DNA from: Chrysomallon squamiferum
Taxonomy: Eukaryota > Animalia > Mollusca
Length of the DNA: 64,000 nt
Direction: 5' to 3'
NCBI GenBank assembly: GCA_012295275.1
Contig: CM022679.1
Location: 7,688,001-7,752,000, forward strand
Within the stretch, counting starts at the first letter, position 1. Every line of letters starts with the position of its first letter. The translations under genes and the position numbers were made by a program. The notes below the pieces were generated by a model. That model had not been told where the DNA came from and made no database searches. It saw only the letters and a program-made list of their open reading frames with translations. Shown here piece by piece: positions 1-13,351 of the stretch.

Positions 1-103
1 ACCACAACCTTTGCTGAACCTGTATTTGGGCACTATCTGGAACGGGAAGTAACTCAAATGATGTACTGATCTTATGACTCATTATGCCTCTGAGCTGCTA
101 TCC
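1..103 (-). mobile_element. Degenerate tRNA-derived SINE fragment, truncated by the window edge
   Basis: The minus strand reads GAGTTACTTCCCGTTCCAGATAGTGCCC...CAAAGGTTGTGGT. It resembles the copies at 29365-29612 (GCTATTTC...TTCCA) and 29663-29775 (AAAGACTGTGGTATGTG), and a common gastropod SINE body recalled from memory. Confidence 0.5.
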
Positions 104-279
104 TTTATGTTAATAAACAAATGAATGGAAGAATGTTAATCTTCTTATTTTGTCTGAATACGTCAGAATTAGAAACATTTATATTTCTGAATGTAGTTTC
201 AAAGCGCATAACTCGATGTTCCAACTGCTTGACTGAAGCTTTTCGAAAAGCTGATACTAAATAAATATACAACATAACT

Positions 280-660
280 TACTTAGGCGTGCGCATGCAA
301 AATGGCTAACTGCAATATTACATCAAATTACAGATTTTGGCAAAGCTTTTCATTTCAAGTTGAAGTCGACACACAGCATTGATCTGTTATACCATGAACT
401 TTTGACGTCAGCGGCGGCAGCAGCTGTAGTATGTGTGTGTGGCATCTGAGGTTCAGAGTGTTTAACTACGGCGACTGTTATTTAGACTTACCAGCGTTTG
501 AATCGCTCATTTTCACTATTCTTCGTATACGTCCGTTTGAGTTACATTGCCTGTCCTCCAATCCGTAACTCTTAATTACTTGAAATCAAATCAGTCATGC
601 GTTTTGGTGCCAAAACTGTGAACGTACGACTTGAAGAGCCGCTGTTAGATTACTTACTCC
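280..660. promoter_or_regulatory. CpG-enriched promoter-like island upstream of the GPCR, possibly bidirectional
   Basis: Local CpG excess, a perfect CRE TGACGTCA at 403-410, and an NRF1-like TGCGCATGC at about 290-298. Confidence 0.4.
492..510 (-). CDS. Possible first coding exon (MSDSNA+G) of a gene continuing leftward
   Basis: The minus strand reads gtgaaaATG AGC GAT TCA AAC GCT G|GTAAGT: good start context and a perfect donor inside the CpG island. No downstream exon was identified. Confidence 0.3.
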
Positions 661-1226
661 AAAAAAGAACGAAAAACAAAACTTGATTATTTCTGGTTTT
701 TTTGTTGTATATTTACTGAAATTCTTTCTGTTGTTGAATTTAAGGCTCTTTGTATTTTAGACTTGGTTCCCTTTTTAGTTATGTTCTTTGTTGTTTTGTC
801 AGGAGTGGGGTTTGGCTAATTTGTTGTGTTTTTTGTTTTTTATGTTTGTGTTTCTTTGTGTTGTTTTTTTTTGTTTTTGTTTTTTGTTTTTGTTTTTTGA
901 TGGAATTTTATTGATGCTTTGATTTCGTTAATGTGTTATTTTTTAATTATTTTTTGTTGTTGTTGTAATCTTTTATTATTATTTTTTTAATTTTGATTAT
1001 TATATTATTGAAGTTATTTATTTATTTTATTGATGTTTTGTTGTAATTTTGATTATTTTTATCATCATTGCACAACATTCGATTTCTTGAACACGTTATT
1101 CTTCTTATTTCAGATATTACGTAAACACTTGTAAGAAGAAGATATTTTAATTCCTGTGGATATTCAAAATGACTACGTTTTCTCTTTTCTTATTTTTTAA
1201 ACACTGATTTTAAAACATGCTCACTG

Positions 1227-2285
1227 ATGTGCCGTGCATACGAAAATGTAAAATATATTCAGGGAAATTCTCAGAAAACAGACATGAATGAAACGTTTCT
1301 AAACATCAGCAGAGAAGACGTCGGAGCCTTTCACACTCCTCATCAAAACCCGAGACTGATCAACGGCGTCGTCCTTGTGTTCGTTTCTGTCATCGGAATC
1401 GCGGGAAACTGTTTAGTTCTGTACATTCAGCACTTCAAGTGTAACCACAACACCTTCTCTCTGTTCGTCAAATCACTGGCCTGTCTGGACCTCTTCAACT
1501 GCGTGACCACGATACCGCTGGACATCACGATCAAAACAGTCCCCGATCTGACCACGATCAACATGGTTGCGGTGTGCAAGATTTCCCACTACATCGCCTA
1601 CGCCACCAGCATGTCGTCTGGCATGATTCTCTTCCTGATTGCTGTTCAGCGATACAAAAAAGTGTGCCAGCCTTTCAAAAACGACATTAATCTGAGAATG
1701 GCCAGAATCCTTTGTCTTCTGGCAGTCGCCGTTGGCGCGAGCATCAGCTCTCTGACGATTTTCGTGTCAGGTCCGGATAACGTTAGCGTTAAAGATGGAA
1801 ACGTAACCTTCGAGACTATTGTCTGTCGCGCAGAGAAAAGCACAAAAGGATCACCGTTAGCCGTTGCGTTCACGGTCATCCTTTACACGGCGTTCACTGC
1901 AGTGCTTCTGAGCGTTGCGGTCTTGTACTGTCAGATCCGCAGAAGACTTCTGAAACAAGCTAAAATGAAAGCTGTTTACCAGCAAACTGCCACGGACACG
2001 TGCGGACAGCCGACTTCGCCGATGTGCGATCACGTAACAAAAATATTCTTCATTGTGACTGTCGTTTTCATTGTCAGCTACATTCCACATTTAATTGAGC
2101 ACGCGGTGTTCGTCGGGACAAAGCACACGAGATCCACGTACGGCACGGCGGAGCGGATTATTCTGGATTTCGCTTACAATTCTCCCTACATAAACAACAT
2201 TGCCAACCCTATTATTTATAGTCTCCTGTCTAAGGAATTTAAGAAAAACTGTAATTTCTTCAAAATAAAGTTTGTTAGTTACTGA
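1227..2285 (+). CDS. Intronless class A (rhodopsin-like) orphan GPCR, peptide-receptor-like
   Basis: Seven hydrophobic segments. Motifs: TM1 GN, TM2 LACLD, TM3 Cys and IAVQRY (DRY variant), ECL2 Cys, TM6 FIVSYIP, TM7 NPIIY, helix-8 F. The likely start is ATG 1284 (MNETFLNIS, two N-glycosylation sequons). A 5'UTR acceptor ttcttatttcag ends at 1113, and AATAAA lies at 2451. Confidence 0.93.
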   Translation: MCRAYENVKYIQGNSQKTDMNETFLNISREDVGAFHTPHQNPRLINGVVLVFVSVIGIAGNCLVLYIQHFKCNHNTFSLFVKSLACLDLFNCVTTIPLDITIKTVPDLTTINMVAVCKISHYIAYATSMSSGMILFLIAVQRYKKVCQPFKNDINLRMARILCLLAVAVGASISSLTIFVSGPDNVSVKDGNVTFETIVCRAEKSTKGSPLAVAFTVILYTAFTAVLLSVAVLYCQIRRRLLKQAKMKAVYQQTATDTCGQPTSPMCDHVTKIFFIVTVVFIVSYIPHLIEHAVFVGTKHTRSTYGTAERIILDFAYNSPYINNIANPIIYSLLSKEFKKNCNFFKIKFVSY

Positions 2286-4362
2286 TGTTGCTTTTTTCTT
2301 ATAACGTTTAACTTTTTTTTATAAGACGTTCTTTGATGCAAGTTTTCATCATCTCAAAACAACCTAAAGGGCGTGAATAGGGAAGTGTAATGATTTCTTA
2401 AGTTCTGTGTATTATTTGTATATAAAAACAAAAAAGAGTTTTTTTAAAACAATAAACTGTTCCTTTTTGCTTATTATTGTTGATAAGCAACAAGGCAGAA
2501 CAAGCCATACATAGTATGTAACCGGCTTTATTGGTTGAATTTTGTCGCTGGTCTCTTTTGTTTTCCAATTTCTTAGCTAGATTAATTCACGTTATCAAAT
2601 AATTATGGATTTAATGAAAACTGCAACCATGTTCATTTTTTCAAGTGAAATAATTTTTACCTGTCAATCTGAAGATTTTACTAGAGAAAAAAAAAATATA
2701 TATATATATATATTCGTGTGCTACCCTGAATACGAAATCATTGTAGAAAAAAAAATCAGTTTTTGATATTGCTGTTTATTTTATTCATATTTATAATAAT
2801 ATAGAATTCCTGTTAACGTTTATATGTATTTTATAAGTCGTTCATAATAAAAAAAAAATAATAATAATAAAATATATTAATTTAAAAAAAGAAGTGAATA
2901 AAACATTATGATAGCTGTCTGTGGATAACAAATGATTCAAACAAAGAAGAGATCAAAACAAGTAATCTGAGTAATCCATATAAAGATCCAGGTTTGATAT
3001 ACGGAAATCATGTGACATTTCTAACAAGATAATAATAATGATACCATCCAGTGACTGATTACAAACTGCCAAACAAAACCCACAAAAACAAGAAAAACTT
3101 CAGGCCATATCTAATGTATCAGTTCAAACTGAAATTAGAATATTTTTAAGAACATGAAACTGATGACACACACAAACCGGAATATATATATATTTCACAA
3201 TAGGTTATTAAAGCAAGTAAATGAAATAAAATATTCATCTGTGATTTAACGTCCAACGTCAGTACTGTACTATTAATTATTTAGCTTGCCAACAATCAAC
3301 GGTATCTTTCAGAATTGCTATCAATATTGACTAACAGTTACATTGTCACAAATAAATCTAGTCATTAACACATTAATTATACTTGTTTAACATGTTACAC
3401 AAGAAACAGTTTTTAGAGATAAATCACGTTATCTTCACTTCAATCCCCTGAATCTTAATATCAGTCGATACCGAGGACAAAACTTTAATGGCAGACGGTT
3501 ATTACTACTATGGTGTAGTGTCTAATCTCCCGAGACCCAATTTTCCATCTAAATCAAAAACCTATTAGTGCAGTCAGTAATACTGGACACAGTACATTTT
3601 ATCTACATTAAGATATATGTAAGAGGTTTTGGTCATAGGTAAATAACTGAAAATACAAATCTCATATTCCATATATTTATAAACGATAAGCCACACAGAA
3701 ATATAAATATAATTATATAATACCGATATTAACAATAATAATAATTTTTAACAGTAATGTTGGAAAGGAAGGCTTATGTTTAAATAAAAATAAAAAAATA
3801 AATATAAAAACACGAAATAAAATTAACGTGTAATCTGGAATAAGCCAGGGTATTCATTGTGCAACCAAATATTACCATTATGTCAGTATTGGTTTAAGTG
3901 AGGAATCGTGTATTTGTTGACCTTTTTAGTCTCACAGTGTTAACAAAAGCTAACAAAGTATGCATTTCGTCTGTCTGTGTATATATATATATTATGTTTT
4001 TCTTTGATGTTGTTTTCTAATTTTATACATATCTGACATATATATATATATATATATATTACTGGACTTAATTTATCAAGAGCTACTTTTCTTACTTGGT
4101 TTAAACAGGTTTTTTTAAATTTACTTTAATGACAAGGAAATTTTACAATGAATTATGATGTAGAACGCTATTTTATACAATAAATAAGTAAATTATTGAC
4201 AGCAGTATATCTGTGTGTATGTGTGTGCACGCGTTTAGTATCACTTTTTATATTTATTTATTTATCATCGTCGTCGTTATTGTTATTGTTGTTGTATTTA
4301 ATATTACATTTATTTATTTATTATTATTTATTTATTGATTTTTTTTATTATTATTATTATTA

Positions 4363-4424
<62 letters not shown>

Positions 4425-4717
4425 CTACATAAACACAGTCATGTAATGACACATACCGGTAAAAAAAAAAAAATAATAAAAAAAAAAAAAGGGTGCAAAA
4501 TGTAGTCATAAACAAAACATTATACTTGAGAAATATTTATTTCAACAGATAAATAAAGAACTAACACACATATAGAACAAATAAATAAATCTTTCTAAAT
4601 ACCAAGTATAAATAATAGCATATAATGTGTTGATGATGACAGTATAAAAACAGAAACAATAGCAATAATTTCTCAATACAGGATGTTTCCATTTCAAACG
4701 TTAATTAATGTCAAGTA

Positions 4718-5000
4718 CAAGGGCGGATCTATTATAACATTTATAATGAAACTTAAGCTTTTGGGCTTGTAATTCAAGAGGCACCCTAGAAACGACGTCT
4801 GTCTACGTTGCTTCAAAATTTTAATCCATATTTAGAAGCCGCTTTAAAAAAAAAAATTTTTAAATAATAATTATAGTGACCTGTCTTGGAAGAAGACCAC
4901 TGAAAAAGAAAACAGTGTTTACCCAAACATTGTTGATAACTGCGAAGGGCCCCAGAATCGGTTGAAGAAGCAGGAGCCCCAAAATGTAGTTTCGCAACTA
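4718..5000. mobile_element. Possible degenerate MITE
   Basis: The left end CAAGGGCGGATCTA and right end TAGTTTCGCAACTA are a partial reverse-complement match, and GGGCCCC-type internal motifs stand out from the AT-rich background. Confidence 0.3.
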
Positions 5001-5473
5001 GTAAAATAGTAATATATTAATTATAACAAACAAATCATAAATAAAGAAATAAATAAATAGTAATTTATTTTTATAATTATTATTTTATTTTATTATTATT
5101 TTTTTTTTTATTATTATTATTTCTCTTGGACGATAAATAAGTAAATAAAATAAAATAAAATGAAAAATGAAATCAATTATGAAAATAATTTTCTTACGTT
5201 TGATTTCATTATTTATGAATAACTATTCATCCGTGATCAATTTAACATGCTAAAAAAAATATCTTTATTCAAAATAAGCATTTCCACCTGTCACTCACCC
5301 ACCATTCTAACCCATAACATAAAAATGTAAATAAATATCGCTCACAAACTTTTTTTTTTTAAACTAGTAATAACTTATTTTTCAGCTTTTTTATACGTTA
5401 AACCAAAATTTAATTCCTTTTATTACACAAGTTTTACCATATCCCCAATATCATACCACCATCTCACAAAAAA

Positions 5474-5526
<53 letters not shown>

Positions 5527-7270
5527 GGTATCACCATATAATCTCACGGTCTAGGGGAGATGATTCTAAACGATTCACCGTTTAACATGATAAATTACCT
5601 CCCTTACACAATGACTTAAACATTAAAGCGAATCAATTTTTTGTTTCATTTAGATTTTACTCCCAATTAAATTAAATAATATAATCATCTCCTAAAGATA
5701 CAGAACATTCTTTTCTATGCACACTTTATTAATATAAAATATAACATTGGTCGATACGTTTCATTTTGCAGTACTATAACTTCTAAAAGTAATGATTTTT
5801 ATTTTGTATCATTTTTCGATGTGAGAAAAATGATACGAGAAAAAATTATGTATTTATTACTAAAATTGTCTTTTTCTTTTATACCCGCATAAAAAGTTTT
5901 CCAGAAAAACATCCCCTTGCCACCAGAATTTCCACGAATAATGAATATGATTGTCAGACGCTAAATTCGCTGGATTTACTGTGATTATGAAGCCATGCAC
6001 GTTTTAAACAAGAAACTTTCTTTGCTTTTCTGCAGTCGTTATTATTTTTAAAGAAATATATATATTGAATAGTGTATATTTTATATTACAGTATTTAATC
6101 ATAACTAATATACTTGAAAATCCTGACAGACGCAAACTGTTCATAACAAACTATGCATAAATAAAACCAAAGCAAATTAATTCTATATTACTATTCGTCT
6201 CTTTGAAAAATATCTAGTTTTGATGTGGTTTGAGAAAAAGAAAATGTTTGTAAAAATTCATCTCTTTGTACATGCTAAGACGTTTTTCAAGCTAAACCAA
6301 CCCAAATCACCAGCATCTGACTACCTCGACAAAAAAGAGAGATCGTGACTGAAATCTACTGTGAGTCCTTGCACACGCACACATACACACAAATAATAAT
6401 AATAATAATAATACTTAAATAAATATATATATAAACAAACAATCAAATAAATTAATTAATTAATAAACTGGTAAATAAATAAATAAACCAAAAATAGTTT
6501 CAAATTTAACAAAATTGTCGTTTTAAAAATAAAGACACATCATTATAAACACTGGCTATATGCAATAAAAGAATGAATATTAGTAAATGTTACTTTTAAT
6601 TGTCTTCCAGATAAGCATTCCCACATCCGCAAAATCCTAACACCACACAACAAAAAAAAAAAAAATAAAAAAAAATAAAATAAAATAAAATAAAATAAAA
6701 AAAATAATAAATAAATATAATTCAAATATAATAAAAAATTTAAATTTAAAAATAATAAAAATTTAAATTAGTTTAATAATAATAATGATAATGACTCACA
6801 AATGGTCAGCTTACCTCTTGCAAATCACTAAATCTGGTTATTGTTTATTTTATATTTGGCACCAGCAAAATGTATCACAGTCAAAATTTCACTGATTTGC
6901 ACAGATGTTATTTGTTATATCTGCAGAACTCTAGAAAATAGATCCAAAGAAATATACAATATGTTAACACAAAGAATTAACAACATTTTACAGATTTTCT
7001 AAGATATATTTTATTCGGATCAATTTAACAATCCAAAACAAATTGAAGTAAATTTATCAGACATAAATATACACAAACATTAAATTCTGTCTTATTTATG
7101 AACTGAAATTTCTGCTGAAACCTGGAAATATATAAAGGATATTCAGAGATTAAATTACATGATTAAATTTGTTTTTATATTTTTAATTTTATATGACTGT
7201 TGAGAGACAAATGCTAAAGGCTCTATTTTTTTGTGCGGATAGTCTTTCTATGATACAGTTCCATTAAAAA

Positions 7271-7309
<39 letters not shown>

Positions 7310-8617
7310 AATTTTAAAACAATAATAAAAATAAACAAAATAGAAAATTAAAAAAATATATGAAATGAAATAATTTAAAAACAAATAGAAAATAGAATAA
7401 TAATAAATCTGGAACTATGATTTTGAACAACTGAGTTATAACTTTTTATTGTTCGAAGTAAATAAATAAATAAAAACACAAAACAGCAGGTATATTCATT
7501 CACTAGATGATCATCACTGTGTAATATAAATATTTAAACTGACAAAAACTATTTTTATCCACAATTCACATTAAATTGTTATTATTATTTCCGATAAACC
7601 ACAGATTACTTAATATACGCTACAAAAAAGATTATTAATAATAACTGCAAAGTTGTGCCATTTATTTACACAATGTAATTATTTATAAATTAACAATTTC
7701 ATTACTGTTAGTGAAGAAACAAAACAAACATTAACAGACCATGGAGGAAATGAATTTGAAAAGAGGATATTTACACTGGAAACACAGCAAAGCAAAATAA
7801 AGACACCATCCCTACAACCATCACTCATTTATAATTATAGAAATATTCTGTAAATTATGAAACATGGTTAACAAATTAAATACAAACGAAAGAGTGAAAG
7901 AAATATATTGGTTTAATTTATAGAGAATCATAACAGTTAGTAGTTAAATAGAATCATCTTAAAATTTATTTTGTTAGGTAGTCGTTACCTTACTGCAACA
8001 AAATATTTAGAATTCTGTAGAAAGACCATGATGCTACAGCATTTATTAATTTGCATTAGTTTTTTCTGTTTTATCAGCTGTAGAATTCAAAGTATTTTTT
8101 TTTTTTTTTTTTTTTTTGCTATTGACTTTTCCAATACTTTTATTGTTGGGTTGTTGGGTGGGTTTTTTTTCAGGAAAAAGAAAACTAAAAAAAATTAAAA
8201 AACATCTTGTGAAGGTTGTTTTAATACGAAACTAAATATACGTGTATTAAATTTTTGTATATGTGCATCAAAAAGATTTCCCCAGTTTAGTTACTCTTAC
8301 TAGTATTAAAAGCTGTTTGTTTGAACCAAAATAATCCAAGGCTCTCTAAGTAGTTATTCTGAAATAGGCAATAAGGTTAAGCAGTAGTTAACTGTACAAA
8401 CATTTAAAAAAAAAACTAAACTAATAAAATAAATAAGAATAAAATACCACAAAAAAATAATAGTAATAAATTTTAAAAAGCAGCAGACTTTAGGTATTTA
8501 ATAAATAATAATAATAAAAATTTAAAAAAGGTGCAAAATGGAGTTCTATAGATGAAAGCAAAACGTACCCAAAATAAAATTTTATTATTTTCACTCTTAT
8601 AAAAATATATATATACA

Positions 8618-8660
<43 letters not shown>

Positions 8661-8849
8661 CAACAATAATAATAATAATGATGATGATGGTAATAAATAC
8701 ATATATAAATGATAATCATAACCATAGACATTATCTACAGTACATTATGCAACTTGTAAGACATTTATTTTCCATTTTATAAAGAATTCATCAACAGGAA
8801 TTAATTTTGAAGAAAAGATTTAAATCTCAATTATTATTTAAAAAGGTGT

Positions 8850-8893
<44 letters not shown>

Positions 8894-9659
8894 TAATAAA
8901 AATAACAAATAAATAAATAAAATATGCTCATTTGACAAGTATCATTAACATTATAATTTGCACATTAGTATTAAATAATCATGAACCAAGCTGATCAGCC
9001 ATTTGTCATTATTTAGATCATTTCAGCATAATAAACCTTTACTGCACTAATCATCTAAACTTATTACTAGAATAGTATAAAACAGACAGGAAATCTTATA
9101 ATGAGCCATAGTTTATATAACATACAGAACTTAAAAGATTATCATTAAGTTATTTAAAGAAACAATAGATGCTGAAAACACTTATAGTCAGTATATTTCT
9201 TTTATCTCAATTTTTTTCACATTTATATGCAAACTAGGCAGATACAGTTCGCTGCTTTTAATATTATTTGCTTGAAGAAGGCACAAGTGAAAGACTAAAA
9301 GCCAGAATCCCAAGCATTTAACAATGAAACAAAAAAAGCCTATCTAGATAAGAAGTTATACTGAAATAGACGAGGAATATTGTTTAAATATTAATTATGT
9401 TATTTTAAGTGTTGTTTTCAAATAGGTTGTTATCACAGGTGCTTTAAAAATACCCTGAAAAATTAATATAATCAAATTATTTTGTCATTTATTTTCTTTC
9501 TTTTTTTTTTTTTTTTTTTTTTTTTTTTGCCTATTATTTTGTTTTACCGTAACAACAGCCAAACATCCATAATCACCATTACACTGATTTCAAATACATA
9601 CAATTCGCGCTTACAAAAGACCACATTGCTTATTATAAATTAATTTAACTGAAAACTGA

Positions 9660-11586
9660 TTATTTTGCCTTGATCCATGAGGCTTGTCCGCTCAGTTTGG
9701 AGTCGAGTGTTGGGAAGTCGGACAGCTGAGTGTGTTCTGCGATGTGTTCATCGTAGTCTTTCTTCTCCAGCACCTGGCGACACCTGGCGCACGTCAGCAG
9801 TGCGTTCACCGACGAATCCCACCAGAATGCGGATTTCGATGCTTCACTGTGCACTGACAGAAGCTCCTGCTGTTTCTGTATGTCAGGCAGAAGACTGATG
9901 AGTTCAGAGATGATTTTGTTGAAGCTTTCCTCGCCCAGAAGCTGCTGACAGCTCTTGTAGTAGTCGGCCGCAGACATCAGGTTCTGGCGGAAGAGGCCAG
10001 AGTATGATTTGAACTGGTTGAACAGCTCCTGGTCGTGTTTGAGCAGGCTGGCAATCATGTCAACCAGCTTCCTGTTCCTTTCCAGAAAGTCTTTCGGTTT
10101 GGAGTACTCAAATTTCTCTGCTGTTGCAAATAACGGCTTCCTCAAAGAGCAGGCCATCGTCTCTTTCAAGAATGTGCTAAGGGTGAAACCTGGAGGGGGT
10201 CTTTCAGAAACAGTTTCACGATCAAATCCAGGTGGCGCTGCTTTAAACTGAATAAGGCCAGGAGGAGGACCAGCTTTGATAGGAGCTGTGGTGGCATGAA
10301 TAGGAGTCAGTGATGGGAAATCATCCGGAGTGAATGGCTTAGATGACGTCTTGGAAGAAACCTTTTTGGTTTTTGTGTTTTCTTCATTTGTTGCATCTTC
10401 ATCTTGTAAAATCTCAAATTTATTCCTCATGTTCAATGGTTTTCCTTTAGGCAGTTTGGGGACTATGTCCACTGCTTCAAACTCATCATTAGTCTCTTTT
10501 TGTTTGCTTTCTTTAGCTTTCTCATCCAGCAACCTGAATGCAATTCCATCCAGAGAACCACTTGATGACTCAGAGTAGCCAGAATCTACGTCTGCTGGTT
10601 TTTCCCAAGCTTTTTTCTTCTGTCGACTCGATTCAGCTGCTTTGCCAGAAGTGTTGCCTGCAACATTTCCATTGTTTTTATTTTCACGTGTTGTCGTTTC
10701 TTCGCCTTGTTTATCAGTTTTGTCTTTTGACTTCTTTTTCTTTTTCTTAGTTTTAGGTTTGGTTTCATCAGAGGAATTAACTGACACTTCCTTGTCCAGA
10801 TTGTTGGTCTCTTGAGACTTTGTTGATTTATTGTTTGAACTCTTTTTATTTTTAGCACTTTTAGGAATTTTGACCCATTCAGTGGAAGTGAAAACTTGTT
10901 TAGAAAGTTGAGGATACTGATCTTCACTTGTTGATCCTAAATCAACATGAACGTTATTGTTACTAGCTTTTGACTTTACTTTCTCCACATTATTTTTTGA
11001 ACGAATATCTTTATCACCATTAATAATAACACTAAACTGATCTTTTTTCTGATTCTTTGCTGACCATACACCTAGACTCATAAGACCAACAGAATTGGCT
11101 GAAGTACATGGAGAATGACGACCCAGTTCAGGAAAATCTTCTGTCGCATTTTTTACAGTTATGCTCCGAGGTTTTGAAGATGACTTTGGCCTGTCTGGCT
11201 CAAGTGGTTTTGAAGAAGCATTAGAAACATATCCAACTGCTGAAGCATTTGCGATACTGATGGTGTGTGTCTTACTGGTGTTTGTTGTTACGGTTGTTGT
11301 TAAAGAAGGATAGTCATCAGAATTAAGAACTGCTCCAGTTTCTGGTCGTCTGGTATTCGTGCTGTGTTGAGACGTGGGTGGGATGGCTCTCTCAGGGGGG
11401 ATGCTGTCTGAAAGAGATGGGAAGTTCTCAGACGTTCGTCTCGTTTGTTCTTCTTTCAATCTCTGGACCTCCTCCTCTTGCACTGCTTGTCTCCGTTTTC
11501 TTTCTACGTCCCTCATTTCCCGTTCATCATTTTTCAGAGACTCTTTCAAAGACGCTGCTAGAGCTTTCTCTACATTATCTCTTTCC
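9660..11586 (-). CDS. ZNF598: ZNF598 exon 6 (long terminal exon)
   Basis: ttttaag|G ERDNVEK...WIKAK*, part of the 658-aa ORF. Confidence 0.93.
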
Positions 11587-13298
11587 CTTAAAATAAACAA
11601 ACAACAAAACGTTTTGAACATCATAATCGCACACACAAATCACAGAAATGGATTTTTTGGATAAATATACCCTGCTATTCATAACAGTTTGTCGTTTTTC
11701 AAATAACTTTAATAGGTGTTATTATCTGTAAGATTCCAATTTCATACAGATTAACGAACCCATCCTTGAAATGTTTCTAAATCATCTGGATTAGAAAACA
11801 AATATTAAAAACTAAAAATTAATCAAATTTAATTAATCATAAGGAAAGCAACCCAAGTTAAAGATTTACCTTTCATGTTGACGAGGAGGACGCTGTTGTC
11901 TTTGGTGAACATTTCTACCATCTGAAACTGCTGAGTCTGTGAAGTCTTCCCTTGATACCATGCCTACAATATTTTAAATAACAAGTCTAATTCATTTGTC
12001 TGCAACACCTTGCTTTACAAAACAATTCACACACAGTCTTCACATTAACCGACAAAAACTGGAAACAAAAAGTGTATCATCACGAAAACTAGTCTGTCGT
12101 GTCTGAATGAATAGTTGATAAATAATTCAAAAAATCAAAAGCTTGAATAAAAAATAGATTTAAATAACTATTTAAAATGAAAATTAAGTTGTGAATTTTC
12201 TCTGTAGCAATGATTTTTGGTTTACATCCAAAACTAGAACTCTCTAAAAATATTCAGTGAAGAAAACAACAAATAAAAAGCAGATATTAAAAAAAAAAAA
12301 AACCGACCCCACAAAAACAAATGTTTTACCTCTCTCATGTGGTTTCCTCCGTCTTGTCATCTGTATTTCAATATCCAGTGTGCGGACTTCTTTCATCTGT
12401 GCTTTGGACAGGTTGTGACTGTGTTCTTGTGCGAAATGAGCCTTTAGGTCAATTTCACTGCGGAAAGCGTTAGTAAAACGCACATGTGGGCTGGCACATT
12501 GCCCTTCTTCACACAGGTAATGGCCAGCTTTGAAGTGTTCTCTCAGATTAAGGTAGTCACTGAAAAATGTGTTTTAAAACATTTTTTTTAAAAATAACGT
12601 AAGACACATATTTAAACTGACCCAACAATTTGTGAACAATCAGCTTGATAAATGCCAAAGGTGCAAGTAAAATGGAAAATTGAAACCTGTAAAAGGGTGA
12701 ATATTTAAAACTAAGCATTTCATTTTATTAATATTTTGTGAGACTCTTGAGAGATACATTTTTTTTCCATCTATAACAGTTGTAACAGCAAAACATGATA
12801 TTACAAAATGATATGATCATTTAGGAAGTATCAGCTTAAATATCAGTACATTTCAAAACAAAAAAACAAAAATTGTGGGAATTATATACATAATGCTTTG
12901 AATTTTTTGTTAATTTTTTTTATTTTTTTTTTTTTCTTGCTGTGGAGGTATTTATGTTAGGAGATTAGCTGATAATTTTAAAAATCAAGATGTTTTAGCC
13001 TTTATTTCTATTCAGAGCTGAGCGAAATTAAATAATCACTTTGCTTTCCACAGGAGATAAATATAACTTGTTACATTTTTATTTTTCTTGTGTATGGTTG
13101 AAGATGTTTGTTACCACATATTAGTTTAGTTGGTCTCAAGATGTATATTTATAGATTACGATCCCTAATCTGTTTCTGTATGTACTAACACAGGTGGAGT
13201 TTAAATACATTTAAAGCATATGAATTAATTTTATTTTTATTCATAAATCTTTTTGACTTTCATAAGACAGAGCTGTACAAATATTTTTTTTTTTAAAG

Positions 13299-13351
<53 letters not shown>

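Noticed and set aside
5552-5606. Short imperfect inverted repeat (AGGGGAGATGATT...AATTACCTCCCTT), similar to 42401-42467
   Set aside because: Too short and degenerate to define an element. Probably remnants of a common interspersed repeat.
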